64,000 nucleotides of DNA from Mytilus californianus (Eukaryota): NCBI RefSeq assembly GCF_021869535.1, contig NW_026262669.1:8804001-8868000 (forward strand), written 5' to 3'. A model generated the notes under the pieces. That model was given only the letters and a program-made list of their open reading frames with translations. It was not told where the DNA came from and ran no database searches. A program made the translations under genes and the position numbers. This document shows, in pieces, positions 63,777 to 64,000 of the stretch (its first letter is position 1; each line of letters opens with the position of its first letter).

Positions 63777-64000
63777 TATTTACAGGTGATAATGAAATTC
63801 TAGAAACTTTGACAAATTCTGTACAGGATCATTCACGAAAGTATAACAGTTAATACTGAAAAATTAATAGTCATACGTGTTGTTGATGTCAAAGAGGGAA
63901 ATCTTACAGTCCTAACAATCGAAAAACAGTACTTGTGTGTATTATGTAATGTGGACACCAAAGGAAGATGTGAATGCTTTATTCCTGGGCATAAGGAAAA

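Larger units (their letters stand above)
52905..63830 (+). repeat. Segmental duplication A, copy 2
   Basis: Collinear with 16523-25040; retains the intact ANK exon and the full Penelope fragment. Confidence 0.88.

Noticed and set aside
1-64000. Whole modules as Helitron-mobilised units
   Set aside because: No consistent 5'-TC and 3'-hairpin-CTRR termini were found at module boundaries, and no Rep/helicase remnant.

Overview
AT-rich eukaryotic DNA that looks like a bivalve genome. The short interspersed repeats resemble abundant Mytilus families; this is recognition from memory, not a database result. Most of the window is a mosaic of about 8 direct-orientation segmental modules duplicated 2-7 times. 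They derive at least partly from the introns and single-repeat exons of a minus-strand ankyrin-repeat gene, of which one intact 102-bp exon and four decayed or truncated copies are visible. The stand-out feature is a 5,883-bp TA-flanked Tc1/mariner-type transposon (28302-34184, 24-bp TIRs starting CAGTACTC). It carries an intact 378-aa transposase with DD35E spacing and, head-to-head with it, a second intron-containing cargo gene encoding a BEND3-like BEN-domain protein that now has three disabling lesions. Two copies of a large non-autonomous element with a related TIR (CAGTACTTGCAACC; 16981-20795 and 53343-58007) are present, with a paralogous empty TA site at 35935. Also present: an L1/Tx1-like LINE with a twin-priming-type 5' inversion and 8-bp TSD, a Penelope-like RT fragment, a 330-bp retroposed insert with a 15-bp TSD, a 13-bp minisatellite caught at 1, 2, ~39 and ~90 units in paralogous modules, and a ~130-bp palindrome that coincides with many rearrangement breakpoints. 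No prokaryotic-type features, rRNA/tRNA or CRISPR arrays were found.
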